DNA of 64,000 nucleotides. Origin: an uncultured Bacteroidales bacterium (GTDB taxonomy: Bacteria; Bacteroidota; Bacteroidia; Bacteroidales; Bacteroidaceae). Below the pieces are notes generated by a model. That model was given only the letters and a program-made list of their open reading frames with translations. It searched no databases and had not been told where the DNA came from. A program made the translations under genes and the position numbers. This document shows, one piece after another, positions 30,819-41,868 of this stretch (positions within the stretch are counted from its first letter, which is position 1; every line of letters begins with the position of its first letter). The DNA is taken from positions 29,712 through 93,711 of the forward strand of contig CADBQP010000027.1 of the NCBI GenBank assembly GCA_902796835.1. Direction: 5' to 3'.

Positions 30819-33017
30819 TTATCGGATAAACATCAGCTCGCGATATTTGGGTAACGTCCACAGTTCGTCATCGACAACCAATTCCAGCGCATCGGCATGC
30901 TCGCGTATTTCGGCCATCAAAGGCAGAACCGTGTCATGGTAAGCAATAGCTTTGCTCCTCTCATCTGGTTGACGATTGGCTCTGTGGCGAGCCTCCGTCA
31001 TAGCCTCCACTCCTTTGATTATCGCCGCAGAATGCCGCTCTATCTGACGGATAATACTGTAATCCATCTCATTAAGCATTGCTGCCTCATCGGCTGAAAA
31101 CACTTGTTTGACTGACAACACTTTTTTAAGCAACATCGTCTGATGACGTTTGGCTGCGGGGAGCACATGATTTATCACCAAATCACCCATCATGCGACTC
31201 TCTATCTGTTGTTTCTTCACGTACGTTTCCCATTTAACTTCACTACGACTGTGCAACTCCGCTTCGCTCAACACCTTGGTTGCGCGAAACATCTCAATCG
31301 TTTCGGGAGCCAAATAACGGTCGATGATCAACGGCACGGACGTCTCGCAGTCCAAACCCCGTTTGGCCGCCTCAACCTTCCATTCATCACTGTAGCCATT
31401 GCCTTCAAAACGGATAGACTTACAGGCTATTATATAATTGCGAATGACGTCAAATAGCACACGCTCTTTTGCCTCTCCATTTGCCACCCGACCTTCCACT
31501 TCAGCCTTGAAAAGCATTAACTGTTCTGCAACAGCCGCATTCAATGCCAACATCGACGCACCGCAGTTGGCACTTGAACCTACGGCACGAAACTCAAAAC
31601 GATTACCTGTAAAAGCAAAAGGTGAAGTGCGGTTACGGTCGGTATTATCCAGCAATATCTCGGGTATATTGGCTATACCCAATTTCATCTCTTTCTTCGC
31701 ATTAATGATAATACCTTTATCGGCATCAGCATGCTCCAACTTATCCAGCACTTCCGTAATCTGCTTGCCAAGGAAAACTGAAATAATCGCCGGAGGAGCT
31801 TCATTTCCACCCAAACGATGCTCGTTCGTAGCACTCACAATAGAAGCTTTCAGCAATCCATTATGACGTTGAACGGCCATCAGCACATTGACAAGGAATG
31901 TAACAAACTGTAAATTTTGATACGGATTCTTACCCGGAGCAAGCAAATTTACGCCTGTATTCGTCTGCATTGACCAGTTACAGTGCTTTCCGCTTCCATT
32001 CACACCCGCAAACGGTTTTTCGTGTAGCAACACGCGGAAGTGATGACGTTGAGCCACACGTTCCATGATACTCATCACCAGCAGGTTGTGATCATTAGCT
32101 AAATTTACATCCTCATATACAGGCGCCAGCTCAAATTGGTTTGGTGCCACCTCATTATGACGCATGCGCACGGGCACACCCGCACACAATGCTTCACACT
32201 CGATATCGCGCATGAAGGCAAGCACACGCTGAGGAATAGCACCGAAATAATGGTCCTCCAACTGCTGACTCTTGGCACTACTATGTCCCATCAGCGTGCG
32301 ACCAGTTAACATCAAATCCGGGCGCGCCATATACAACGACTCGTCCACAAGGAAATACTCCTGCTCCCAGCCCAAGTTTACCTGCACATGCTTCACGGTC
32401 TTGTCGAATAACCCACAGACCTCACGTGCAGCCTGACACAGAACGGCCGTCGAACGAATAAGCGGTGTCTTGTAATCCAACGCCTCGCCAGTGTAAGCTA
32501 CGAAGACAGTTGGGATACACAAAGTGTCGCCTATCAGAAAGACGGGACTGGAAGGGTCCCATGCCGAATAGCCCCGAGCTTCAAAGGTATTACGGATACC
32601 TCCGTTGGGAAACGAAGAAGCATCGGGCTCCTGCTGATAAAGACTGTCTCCACTAAGTTCCTCAATCAGCTCTCCATCTTTGTTAAGCGTAAAGAAAGCA
32701 TCGTGTTTCTCTGCGGTTCCGCCCGTCAACGGCTGAAACCAGTGAGTAAAATGTGTAGCTCCATGATCCATTGCCCACTTGCGAATACCAATTGACACAC
32801 TCCCCGCTATGCCGCGATGTATGGTGCGGCCATTATCTACATCATCGAATAATTGCTTCAGCACTTCCTCTGCAATATATTCCTTCATTTTCGCACGTGT
32901 GAACACATCACGGGCAAAATAATTTTTTACTCGCTCATTCACAAGCTCATTTACATGCACATTGGAAAAACTATGTTCCTTTGCTTTTTTCAACGCTTCA
33001 AAACGAACATTACCCAT
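30819..33017 (-). CDS. glnA: Glutamine synthetase type III
   Basis: 732 aa; HWFQPLTGGTAEKHDAF, EPDASSFPNGG, HNEVAPNQFE, HEKPFAGVNGSGKH, NRTSPFAFTGNRFEFR. Confidence 0.97.
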   Translation of the reverse strand: MGNVRFEALKKAKEHSFSNVHVNELVNERVKNYFARDVFTRAKMKEYIAEEVLKQLFDDVDNGRTIHRGIAGSVSIGIRKWAMDHGATHFTHWFQPLTGGTAEKHDAFFTLNKDGELIEELSGDSLYQQEPDASSFPNGGIRNTFEARGYSAWDPSSPVFLIGDTLCIPTVFVAYTGEALDYKTPLIRSTAVLCQAAREVCGLFDKTVKHVQVNLGWEQEYFLVDESLYMARPDLMLTGRTLMGHSSAKSQQLEDHYFGAIPQRVLAFMRDIECEALCAGVPVRMRHNEVAPNQFELAPVYEDVNLANDHNLLVMSIMERVAQRHHFRVLLHEKPFAGVNGSGKHCNWSMQTNTGVNLLAPGKNPYQNLQFVTFLVNVLMAVQRHNGLLKASIVSATNEHRLGGNEAPPAIISVFLGKQITEVLDKLEHADADKGIIINAKKEMKLGIANIPEILLDNTDRNRTSPFAFTGNRFEFRAVGSSANCGASMLALNAAVAEQLMLFKAEVEGRVANGEAKERVLFDVIRNYIIACKSIRFEGNGYSDEWKVEAAKRGLDCETSVPLIIDRYLAPETIEMFRATKVLSEAELHSRSEVKWETYVKKQQIESRMMGDLVINHVLPAAKRHQTMLLKKVLSVKQVFSADEAAMLNEMDYSIIRQIERHSAAIIKGVEAMTEARHRANRQPDERSKAIAYHDTVLPLMAEIREHADALELVVDDELWTLPKYRELMFIR

Positions 33018-33069
33018 ACTTTTGATGCTATTTTTCGTTTTTAACCCGATTAAATTAAGAAATCAGCCG

Positions 33070-33077
33070 CAAAGATA
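33070..33077 (-). promoter_or_regulatory. -7 promoter element for glnA
   Basis: TATCTTTG ~52 nt upstream of the ATG. Confidence 0.6.
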
Positions 33078-33173
33078 GCATATTTTTGGCAAATACATGG
33101 ATTGGCGATGGAATTACTACTAAACTTTTCGCTAAAACCTCATATTTCCTAATCCGAACTCTAACTATAACCT

Positions 33174-33237
33174 AAAAAAACTATCTCGGAGATAATTTAA
33201 ATAGTTGAGCCAACAGTTTAAATTATCTCCGAGATAG
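33174..33237. repeat. 21-bp-period repeat copy 2 (3 units); perfect 21-bp inverted repeat, terminator-like on minus strand
   Basis: CTATCTCGGAGATAATTTAAA-TAGTTGAGCCAACAG-TTTAAATTATCTCCGAGATAG, followed by T7 on minus strand downstream of GH20. Confidence 0.85.
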
Positions 33238-33266
33238 TCATAGCGGTTGCCTATTCAAGAAAAAAA

Positions 33267-35414
33267 TTACTCAATTTGCTCCAGCCTCCACGTGCCTTGC
33301 TGGCAGAGTGTGTCGTTGGTACCCCATGCAGCACAGCCGCTGTGGTTGGCCTGCAGCACTCGGCCGCTGCCATCACGCAACACTATGGCGCCACTGACAA
33401 AGTTGATTTCCTCACCATCGATGGGTTGTATAATGGGCTTAGTGGCTTTTTCTACACTAACGGGGCCTATCTTCACCTGCGGGTTGGCCACGTTCACAAA
33501 CACGTATTGTCGGCCCTGTCGCTGGCACAACCACTGCTCAGCAAGCGTGCTCTGAGGCGTGAAGTGCAGGTGGAGCTCGGAAGGCGATTTTGCATAGAGC
33601 GTGGAGCCCGCATACTTGGCCATATACCAACTCGAGGCGGAAACAATGCGATAGCGCCTGCCTGCTTTGGGCAGCACGATGGGCGCTTGCTTGAACTGCT
33701 CGTAGTCGGCGGAAATGAGCCCGCCTCGGTCGAAGGCTTTTTTCAGTTTTTTATAGTCGCTGGGCGAGGCATAACCTGCCTGCCCGGCCTTGTTTTGAAG
33801 GAGCAGCGCGGCCACGGCATTGCGCTCTTGTTCGGCCACGGTTTGAGTGGGGTCTATGTAGTGGCGGGCATAGACATAGCCCATCTGGCTGAGCAATGAA
33901 GCCTGTGTTTGGAGGCGGCGGCGGAAGTCGTCCCAATTCTTTTGTTCGGGGGCTGTCCATCCCACTTCGGCTATGGCCAGGGCGCGCGGCAGGAGCTGAT
34001 ATTCCATCTGCTCGGCTGTGCGACACGTTTCGGTCCAAAGGTTGGCCTGTGGCCCAAGACAATATTGGGCAGCATCGCCCTTGATTTTCTCAATGGGGTT
34101 GACGGCATAGATAGACGGCAGGCTGTTCACATCCTTGGCGCTGTATCCTCCCTGATAGGGTTCTTCGACGAAAGCCATGTCTTCGGGCATCTGAATAAGG
34201 TCGAGATAGCAAGGATATACGGGCACACTGATGCAGGAGAATCCCTTTTCGGCGGCCTGCGCGGTGTAGTTGAGGCCACGCCAGCACATGACAGTGGGAC
34301 GAATGGCGTTGTCGGCTTTCCAGTGGGCCAGGAGTTCGTCCCAAACTATGATGTTTTTGTTGTATTTTCCTTTGAGGAAAGAACCGAGCTCTTCTACGAG
34401 CCACGACTGCAGCTCGTCTACTCCCTTGAGTCCCTTTTCGGCGATGCGCCGCTGGCAGTCGGCATTGTTTTTCCACACATCGGTGGGACACTCGTCGCCG
34501 CCAAGGTGAATGTAGGGGCCGGGAAAGACCTCGGCCACGTGGGAAAGCACACATTTCAGGAAGTCTATCACGCGGTCGTCGCCTACGTTGAGCACGTCTT
34601 TCGACACTCCGGCTGCTACGCGCACGGAGTATTTCTTGCTGGGATCGCACGAAAACTCGGGATAGGAGGCTATAGCCGCCACCATGTGTCCCGGCAGGTC
34701 GATTTCGGGAATGATTTCTATGTTGAGGCTGGCGGCATAGTCGACCACCTCGCGCAGGTCTGCCAAGGTGTAGAAAAGGCCCTTGCCATAGGGTGTGTCG
34801 TCATAGAACCACCCCACTCCGCGGTTCACGAACGACGAGTCGCGTTGCGTGCCTACCTGAGTGAGGCGCGGATATTCGGGAATTTCGATGCGCCAGCCCT
34901 GGTCATCGGTAAGGTGCCAATGAAAACGGTTTAGTTTGTAGTAGGCCATCATGCGAAGCACTTTCTTCACCTCTTCCTTTGTGAAGAAATGGCGTGAGCA
35001 GTCAAGCATGAGTCCGCGATAGTCGAACTGGGGATAGTCGCGCACGAAGAGGCAGGGCAGCGAGCACGTCGCTCCCGATTCGTCGGCATTCATCATCACG
35101 AGTTGGCGCAGCGTTTGCAGGGCATAGAAGTAGCCGGCTTTTTCGCGGGCGCCCACTTCTATTTTCTGGTCACTGATGCGCAGGGTGTAGCCCTCGTTGG
35201 GCAACGAAATGTCGCGATGCAGCCTTATGGGACCCTGACTCCAAAGCTTAAGGGCTACTGAATCGATTTGCGACAGTAGCTGGGCCGTGTTTGCCACGGC
35301 AAAAGTACCGCCCTGGCCTTGCATATGCTGCGGCAGCGGAACAATGTCGGCCTTCTGCGCAGTAGCCGCCGCAAATCCACACAGAAAGGCAATTAAGAGC
35401 GTAAGGTTTTTCAT
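33267..35414 (-). CDS. Secreted GH20 beta-N-acetylhexosaminidase with C-terminal accessory domain
   Basis: Signal peptide; YRGLMLDCSRHF, FHWHLTDDQGWRIEI, IPEIDLPGH, HLGGDE. Confidence 0.93.
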   Translation of the reverse strand: MKNLTLLIAFLCGFAAATAQKADIVPLPQHMQGQGGTFAVANTAQLLSQIDSVALKLWSQGPIRLHRDISLPNEGYTLRISDQKIEVGAREKAGYFYALQTLRQLVMMNADESGATCSLPCLFVRDYPQFDYRGLMLDCSRHFFTKEEVKKVLRMMAYYKLNRFHWHLTDDQGWRIEIPEYPRLTQVGTQRDSSFVNRGVGWFYDDTPYGKGLFYTLADLREVVDYAASLNIEIIPEIDLPGHMVAAIASYPEFSCDPSKKYSVRVAAGVSKDVLNVGDDRVIDFLKCVLSHVAEVFPGPYIHLGGDECPTDVWKNNADCQRRIAEKGLKGVDELQSWLVEELGSFLKGKYNKNIIVWDELLAHWKADNAIRPTVMCWRGLNYTAQAAEKGFSCISVPVYPCYLDLIQMPEDMAFVEEPYQGGYSAKDVNSLPSIYAVNPIEKIKGDAAQYCLGPQANLWTETCRTAEQMEYQLLPRALAIAEVGWTAPEQKNWDDFRRRLQTQASLLSQMGYVYARHYIDPTQTVAEQERNAVAALLLQNKAGQAGYASPSDYKKLKKAFDRGGLISADYEQFKQAPIVLPKAGRRYRIVSASSWYMAKYAGSTLYAKSPSELHLHFTPQSTLAEQWLCQRQGRQYVFVNVANPQVKIGPVSVEKATKPIIQPIDGEEINFVSGAIVLRDGSGRVLQANHSGCAAWGTNDTLCQQGTWRLEQIE

Positions 35415-35477
35415 AGTATTGAAAATAAGGATAAGTTACTTGATTAGGACGGACTTTGAAGCACCAATAGCAAGATG

Positions 35478-36917
35478 CTATCCCACGCTGCCCTCAAGCG
35501 AAACGCTCAGGAGCTTTTGCGCTTCAACTGCAAACTCCATGGGCAGTTTGTTGATTACGTCGCGTGCATATCCGCCTACGATAAGCGACACAGCCTCTTC
35601 GGTGGGGATGCCGCGCTGGTTGCAATAGAGGAGTTGCTCCTCCGAAATCTTCGATGTGGTGGCCTCATGTTCCACTATGGAATCGTTGTGGTGCACGTCG
35701 ATATAAGGAAACGTATGGGCACCGCACTCATCGCCCAAAAGCAAGGAGTCGCACGAACTGTAATTGCGCGCCCCGGCAGCCTTTGAGCCCACTTTCACAA
35801 GGCCGCGATAGCTGTTTTGGCTCTTGCCTGCCGAAATGCCCTTCGAAATGATGGTGGAGCGGGTGTTGGCTCCCACGTGTATCATCTTTGTGCCCGTGTC
35901 GGCCTCCTGATAGTTGTTGGTCACGGCCACACTGTAGAATTCGGCCTGCGAGCCTTCGCCCATGAGAACGCATGAGGGATACTTCCAGGTGATGGCGCTA
36001 CCGGTTTCCACCTGTGTCCACGACAATTTTGAATTGGCACCGCGAAGCTGCCCGCGCTTGGTGACGAGATTATATACTCCGCCACGACCTTCGCTGTCGC
36101 CTGGATACCAGTTCTGAACGGTGCTATACTTCACCTCTGCGTCTTTGTTCACCACAATTTCAACGATGGCGGCATGCAGTTGGTTTTCATCGCGCATGGG
36201 AGCCGTGCAACCCTCAAGATAACTCACGTAGCCTCCATCGTCGCACACGATGAGGGTGCGCTCAAACTGGCCCGTATTTCGGGCATTGATGCGAAAGTAT
36301 GTGGAAAGTTCCATGGGGCAGCGCACACCCTTGGGGATATAGACGAAGGAGCCGTCGGAAAACACAGCACTGTTGAGCGCAGCAAAATAATTGTCGCGAT
36401 AGGGCACCACACTTCCCAGGTATTTGCGCACCAGTTCGGGATTTTCGCGCACAGCCTCGCTGATGCTGCTGAAAATGATGCCTTTCTCCTGAAGCTTTTC
36501 CTTAAAGGTGGTCTTCACCGAAACCGAATCCATAACGGCATCGACAGCAACGCCGCTGAGCGCCATACGCTCTTCAAGGGGGATGCCAAGTTTGTCGAAA
36601 GTCTTCATCAACTCCGGGTCGAGTTCTGTTGAGCCGGTCTTCTTCCGTGTGGGGTCGGCATAATAGGATATAGCCTGATAGTCGATGGCTGGCAAATGCA
36701 CATGGGCCCACGACGGCTGCTCCAACGTGAGCCAATAGCGATAGGCTTTCAGACGGAATTCAAGCAACCACTCAGGCTCGTCCTTGCGCTGCGAAATTTG
36801 CCGAATGACGTCCTCATTCAGGCCTCGCTCAATGATTTCGGTCTCTACGTCAGTAGTAAAACCATACTCATATTTCTTCTCGGCCAAGCCGCGCACAAAA
36901 TCGTTTCCGCTGCTCAT
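35478..36917 (-). CDS. sufB: Fe-S cluster assembly protein SufB
   Basis: [47 protein letters not shown]. Confidence 0.97.
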   Translation of the reverse strand: MSSGNDFVRGLAEKKYEYGFTTDVETEIIERGLNEDVIRQISQRKDEPEWLLEFRLKAYRYWLTLEQPSWAHVHLPAIDYQAISYYADPTRKKTGSTELDPELMKTFDKLGIPLEERMALSGVAVDAVMDSVSVKTTFKEKLQEKGIIFSSISEAVRENPELVRKYLGSVVPYRDNYFAALNSAVFSDGSFVYIPKGVRCPMELSTYFRINARNTGQFERTLIVCDDGGYVSYLEGCTAPMRDENQLHAAIVEIVVNKDAEVKYSTVQNWYPGDSEGRGGVYNLVTKRGQLRGANSKLSWTQVETGSAITWKYPSCVLMGEGSQAEFYSVAVTNNYQEADTGTKMIHVGANTRSTIISKGISAGKSQNSYRGLVKVGSKAAGARNYSSCDSLLLGDECGAHTFPYIDVHHNDSIVEHEATTSKISEEQLLYCNQRGIPTEEAVSLIVGGYARDVINKLPMEFAVEAQKLLSVSLEGSVG

Positions 36918-37477
36918 TTCTCCTGGGATTTATGCATGTCGACCCACAGGGTATCGCCCGGCTGAAAATCGGCCGGAAGTTTTTCTGAAGTCTTCTTACT
37001 ATCTTGCTCATTGGGCTGACCAAAGGAATTGAAGAGCACACCCACCATGGCTTTGGTCGGTTCAAAGAGCTTTGAGCCTTCGGTACGCGACTCGTTGAGT
37101 ATGTGCAAGGCACTCATCACGTTGAGCACACAACTGATGAGAATGGCATATTTTAGCAGGCTCACAGCTGCGCCCAGCAAACTATTGGGCAGGCCCAATT
37201 GAAGGCCGTTTAGCGCAGAGGTGAGGATCGTGGCTACCAGGCCGAGCACGATGGGCACAAGTATCCAGAGGATGAAGAAAGCCACTATGTTGGTCACGAT
37301 GTTTGCCTCTGACCCCTTCATCACCAGATATTCGCCCAGGTAGCTGTAGCAGGTGGCAGCGATGGCCAGGCCTACGAGCCAGCCAATTCCCGACACCAGT
37401 TCTTTAAAGAAACCGTTGCGCCAGCCGTTAATGATGGCCCACAAGGCCACTACTATTATAAAAATGTCTATATACAT
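36914..37477 (-). CDS. CvpA (colicin V production) family membrane protein
   Basis: DIFIIVV...[10 protein letters not shown]; 4 TM helices; infB-cvpA-sufB synteny. Confidence 0.85.
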   Translation of the reverse strand: MYIDIFIIVVALWAIINGWRNGFFKELVSGIGWLVGLAIAATCYSYLGEYLVMKGSEANIVTNIVAFFILWILVPIVLGLVATILTSALNGLQLGLPNSLLGAAVSLLKYAILISCVLNVMSALHILNESRTEGSKLFEPTKAMVGVLFNSFGQPNEQDSKKTSEKLPADFQPGDTLWVDMHKSQEK

Positions 37478-37575
37478 TTCAACTGAATATATTTAAAAGA
37501 GTGGCAATGTGCGCCCCCTATGCTCCTAAGTTGGAAGAGCCGGCGATGCCGCATTGCCACCCTTTCTTTCTGCTT

Positions 37576-40383
37576 TTAGAGTTTTTGCTTCACCTCAACC
37601 TCCTTGTAGGTTTCGATGATGTCGCCCTCCTTAATGTCGTTGCAGTTGGTGAGACTGATACCGCACTCGAAGTTGGTTGTCACTTCTTTCACGTCGTCCT
37701 TGAAACGCTTCAGGGCATTGATGCTGCCGGTGAAGATGACAATGCCGTCGCGAATGAGGCGGGCCTTGTCGGTGCGCGACACTTTTCCGTCGACCACGTA
37801 GGCTCCGGCCACGAGGCCGACCTTGGTGATGCGGTAAACCTGGCGCACTTCTACGGTGGCTGTGACTTCTTCTTTGATAACGGGTTCGAGCATACCTTCC
37901 ATGGCCTGCTTCACCTCTTCAATGGCATCGTATATGACGCTGTATAGGCGAATGTCAACTCCGTCGCGCTCAGCTTGGCGGCGGGCTGCCTGTGAGGGGC
38001 GCACTTGGAAGCCCACGATGACGGCCTGTGAAGCAGCGGCCAAGGTTACATCGTTTTCGGAAATTTGGCCCACACCTTTATGGATTACATTAACAGCAAT
38101 CTTTTCTGTGGAGAGTTTGATGAACGAGTCGCTTAGTGCCTCTACCGAACCGTCAACATCGCCCTTGACGATGATGTTGAGCTCTTGGAACGAACCGAGT
38201 TTGATGCGGCGGCCCACTTCGTCGAGTGTAAGCATCTTGGTGGTGCGCAGGTTCTGCTCACGCTGCAATTGCTCGCGCTTGGTGGCAATTTCGCGGGCTT
38301 CCTGCTCCGTTTCCATGACATGGAATGTGTCGCCGGCCTGGGGTGCTCCGTTGAAACCGAGTATGGTGGCGGCCTGCGAGGGGCCTACGTCGTTGATGCG
38401 GTGGTTACGCTCATTGAAAAGGGCTTTGACACGACCGTAGTTTGTGCCGGCAAGGATGATATCGCCTTGATGGAGTGTTCCGTTGCTTACGAGGATGGTA
38501 GCCACATAGCCGCGGCCCTTGTCGAGCGACGACTCGATGACAGTGCCGGTGGCACGGCGGTTGGGATTGGCCTTGAGCTCGAGCATGTCGGCTTCGAGCA
38601 ACACCTTCTCAAGCAGTTCGTCGACACCGATGCCTTTCTTTGCACTGATGTCTTGGCTCTGATATTTTCCGCCCCACTCCTCTACGAGAAAGTTCATCTG
38701 CGCAAGTCCTTCCTTGATTTTGTCGGGATTGGCTCCGGGCTTGTCAATTTTGTTGATGGCGAAGACGATGGGCACGTTGGCAGCCACGGCGTGATTGATT
38801 GCCTCCTTGGTTTGCGGCATGATGTCGTCGTCGGAGGCAATGATGATGATGGCTATGTCGGTCACTTGGGCTCCACGGGCACGCATGGCGGTAAAGGCTT
38901 CGTGGCCAGGGGTGTCGAGGAAGGTGATGTGGCGGCCGTCTTCGAGCTTCACATTGTAGGCTCCGATGTGCTGGGTGATGCCGCCTGCCTCGCCGGCTAT
39001 GACGTTCGACTTGCGAATGTAGTCGAGCAGTGAAGTTTTTCCGTGGTCGACGTGTCCCATGACAGTGACGATGGGGGCGCGCAACTGGAGGTCTTCTTCG
39101 TTGTCTTCCTCCTCGGCGACGGCTTCCGACACTTCGGCGCTGATGTATTCGGTCTTGAATCCGAATTCATCGGCCACGATGTCGATGGTTTCGGCATCGA
39201 GGCGTTGGTTGATGCTCACCATGATGCCAATGCTCATGCAGGTTCCGATTACTTTTGTCACGGGCACATCCATCATGGTTGCCAGTTCGTTGGCCGTCAC
39301 GAATTCTGTGAGCTTGAGGATTTTGCTCTCGGCCTTGGCTTCGAGCATTTGCTCCTCTTGTTGTTGGCGCACTTGCTCGCGCTTTTCTTTGCGATACTTG
39401 GCTCCCTTCGAGGTTTTCGACTTGTTGGTCAGTCGGGCCAAAGTTTCGCGCACCTGCTTGGCCACATCTTCTTCGCTGGCTTCGGGGCGCAGCACGGGGG
39501 CGGGTTTGTTGCCTTTCTTCTTTTTCTTTCCGCCGGCCGAACCGCTTCCGCTGTTATTGCCTTGCTGGCGCGAGGCGCTCTCGGCTTGTACGGAGGCTGC
39601 ATTCACGTCAATGCGCTCCTTGCCTATGCGGTTGCGCTTCTTGCGTTCGCCGCTGGGCGCGGCACCTTGCTGACGGGCTTTCTCCTCGCGCTCTTTTCTG
39701 AGCTCCTCTTTCGATTTCTTTTTGGGGCGCATCGAAGAATTGATGGTCGACAAGTCGATAGAGCCGAGCACACGGGGGCCTGCGAGGTCGGGTTGCGACT
39801 TTAGTTTGAACACGCCGTCTTCTTCTTCGCCTATTTGGCGGGCGCGATCTTCTACCGACAGCTTTTGCTTCTTGGGCTTGGCGGCTACTGGTGTTTCGGC
39901 GGCGGGCTCGGCCTCGACCTTCTCTGCCGCTGCGGGGTTCGGAGCCTCTTCGGCGGGTGTGGCTTCGGGTTGAGCGGCGGGTTCGGCCTCTGGAGTTGCT
40001 GCCTGTCTGGGCTCTTCGGGCTCCGGCTCGGCCGGGACCTCTTCGTGAGCTGGGACCTTCAGGGCATCGAGGTCTATTCGGCCTTTGGTCACAATTTGGG
40101 GGCGCATTTCTTCGGGCACCACGGTTTCGATGACCTCGGGAGCTTCTTTTTCCTCCTTCTTGGCCTTTTGCTTCTCCTTCTGGCGGGCCTGGAACAATTG
40201 TTCGGCTTCGCTCTTGAGGCTTTTGTCGTCGCCAAACTCTTCTTTGAGCATGTCGTATTGCTCATCGTCGATTTTTTCGGCTGGCGTGCCCTTCACCGAG
40301 AAGCCTTTCGCGGTGAGAAAATCTACGACGGTTTGCAATCCTACGTTGAATTCCTTGATTACTTTACTTAATCTTACTGACAT
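37576..40383 (-). CDS. infB: Translation initiation factor IF-2
   Basis: [25 protein letters not shown]; 935 aa. Confidence 0.98.
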   Translation of the reverse strand: MSVRLSKVIKEFNVGLQTVVDFLTAKGFSVKGTPAEKIDDEQYDMLKEEFGDDKSLKSEAEQLFQARQKEKQKAKKEEKEAPEVIETVVPEEMRPQIVTKGRIDLDALKVPAHEEVPAEPEPEEPRQAATPEAEPAAQPEATPAEEAPNPAAAEKVEAEPAAETPVAAKPKKQKLSVEDRARQIGEEEDGVFKLKSQPDLAGPRVLGSIDLSTINSSMRPKKKSKEELRKEREEKARQQGAAPSGERKKRNRIGKERIDVNAASVQAESASRQQGNNSGSGSAGGKKKKKGNKPAPVLRPEASEEDVAKQVRETLARLTNKSKTSKGAKYRKEKREQVRQQQEEQMLEAKAESKILKLTEFVTANELATMMDVPVTKVIGTCMSIGIMVSINQRLDAETIDIVADEFGFKTEYISAEVSEAVAEEEDNEEDLQLRAPIVTVMGHVDHGKTSLLDYIRKSNVIAGEAGGITQHIGAYNVKLEDGRHITFLDTPGHEAFTAMRARGAQVTDIAIIIIASDDDIMPQTKEAINHAVAANVPIVFAINKIDKPGANPDKIKEGLAQMNFLVEEWGGKYQSQDISAKKGIGVDELLEKVLLEADMLELKANPNRRATGTVIESSLDKGRGYVATILVSNGTLHQGDIILAGTNYGRVKALFNERNHRINDVGPSQAATILGFNGAPQAGDTFHVMETEQEAREIATKREQLQREQNLRTTKMLTLDEVGRRIKLGSFQELNIIVKGDVDGSVEALSDSFIKLSTEKIAVNVIHKGVGQISENDVTLAAASQAVIVGFQVRPSQAARRQAERDGVDIRLYSVIYDAIEEVKQAMEGMLEPVIKEEVTATVEVRQVYRITKVGLVAGAYVVDGKVSRTDKARLIRDGIVIFTGSINALKRFKDDVKEVTTNFECGISLTNCNDIKEGDIIETYKEVEVKQKL

Positions 40384-40528
40384 TCTTTATGTTTTAGGTG
40401 CCTTAGGGGACGAATGAAGTTTTCTTAGGGTGTTTGTATGTTTGTTTATTCGGGTGGCGGCGTCTGAAGGACCATCGGCCCTGAAAGCGGCCACGAGGAT
40501 GGTAGATATTTGCACGTGGGACGGGTGC

Positions 40529-41788
40529 TTAAACGTCTTCGAATTCGGCTTTGAGTACTTTGAGCACGTAGTCCACGGTATCTTCTTCGAGGTCGGCTTT
40601 TTCAACCAGCACGTCGCGCGGTGTCTTGAGCACGTCGAGGGCGGTGCTCAGGCCCAGGCCCTTGATGGCTTCGATTACCCATTGGTCTATTTCGTCGCTG
40701 AATTCGTCGAGATAAATGTCTTCTGAGCTTTCTTCGGGGTCGAGGCGGAAGACGTCGATGGTGTAGCCTGTGAGCTTTGAGGCCAGCTTAATGTTGAGCC
40801 CGCCCTTTCCGATGGCCAGCGACACTTCGCTCTTGCTCAGGTATACTTCGGCGCGACGCTTCTCTTCGTCCACATTCATTTCGAGCACGTGGGCCGGAGC
40901 CAGTGCGCGTTGTATGAAGAGTGTGGGGTTGGCCGTCCAGTTGATGACGTCGATGTTTTCGTTGCGTAGCTCGCGCACGATGCCATGTATGCGGCTGCCT
41001 TTTATGCCCACGCAGGCTCCCACGGGATCTATGCGGTCGTCATAGGACGTTACGGCTATCTTGGCACGCTCGCCGGGTATGCGGGCGATGGCCTTGACCG
41101 AAATGAGGCCGTCATTGATTTCGGGAATTTCGAGTTCCAAGAGGCGCAGCAGGAAGTCGTTCGACGTGCGCGAGAGATAGATCTTGGGAGCGCCGTTGCT
41201 GTTGTCCACGCGGTCGATGACAGCGCGCACGTTGTCGCCCTTGTGGAAGAAGTCGCGGGGTATCTGCTGGTTTTTGGGCAGCAGGAGCTCGTTGTCTTCG
41301 TCGTCCATGAGCAGGGTTTCGTGTTTCCACGTCTGATACACTTCGCCGCTGATGAGTTCGCCCACACGGTCTTTATATTTGTTGTAGAGCGAATCGTGCT
41401 CGAGTTCCAGTATTTTGCTGGCCAGTGTCTGACGCAGCACGAGAATGGCACGGCGGCCAAACGACATGAAGTCGATTTTCTCGGTAGCGTCTTCGCCCAC
41501 TTCGTAGTCGGGCTCTATTTTCTGGGCTTCGCTCAGCGAAATCTGAGTGTTTTCGTCGGTCACGGCGCCGTCTTCCACGATTTCGCGGTTGCGGTAGATT
41601 TCGAGGTCGCCCTTGTCGGGGTTCACAATCACGTCGAAGTTGGCATCCGAACCAAACATTTTGGCAATGACGTTGCGGAAGCTCTCTTCGAGTACGCCCA
41701 CGAGCGTGGTGCGGTCGATGTTCTTAGTCTCCTTGAACTCTGCAAAGGTTTCGATGAGACTGGGGCCTTGTTGTTTTTTAGTTGCCAT
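40529..41788 (-). CDS. nusA: Transcription factor NusA
   Basis: S1 and KH domains: ARIPGERAKIAV, GACVGIKGSRI, AIGKGGLN. Confidence 0.97.
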   Translation of the reverse strand: MATKKQQGPSLIETFAEFKETKNIDRTTLVGVLEESFRNVIAKMFGSDANFDVIVNPDKGDLEIYRNREIVEDGAVTDENTQISLSEAQKIEPDYEVGEDATEKIDFMSFGRRAILVLRQTLASKILELEHDSLYNKYKDRVGELISGEVYQTWKHETLLMDDEDNELLLPKNQQIPRDFFHKGDNVRAVIDRVDNSNGAPKIYLSRTSNDFLLRLLELEIPEINDGLISVKAIARIPGERAKIAVTSYDDRIDPVGACVGIKGSRIHGIVRELRNENIDVINWTANPTLFIQRALAPAHVLEMNVDEEKRRAEVYLSKSEVSLAIGKGGLNIKLASKLTGYTIDVFRLDPEESSEDIYLDEFSDEIDQWVIEAIKGLGLSTALDVLKTPRDVLVEKADLEEDTVDYVLKVLKAEFEDV

Positions 41789-41868
41789 GTCGTTTCTTAT
41801 CGAAAAATTGAAAACTGACGGCTCGCAGAGCGCTGTTCAATTTTCAATTTTCGGTTATTTATTTTTTG

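Noticed and set aside
3697-33017. Block as an active ICE, prophage or transposon
   Set aside because: No integrase, transposase, relaxase or phage gene in the window; only the short flanking repeat supports past mobility
33909-34934. 341-aa plus-strand ORF inside GH20, and similar long antisense ORFs at 38185-39804, 40985-41818, 42915-43811, 54502-55455, 55831-56721 and 60711-61742
   Set aside because: All lie entirely opposite well-supported genes; expected in GC-rich codon-biased sequence; no domain signal
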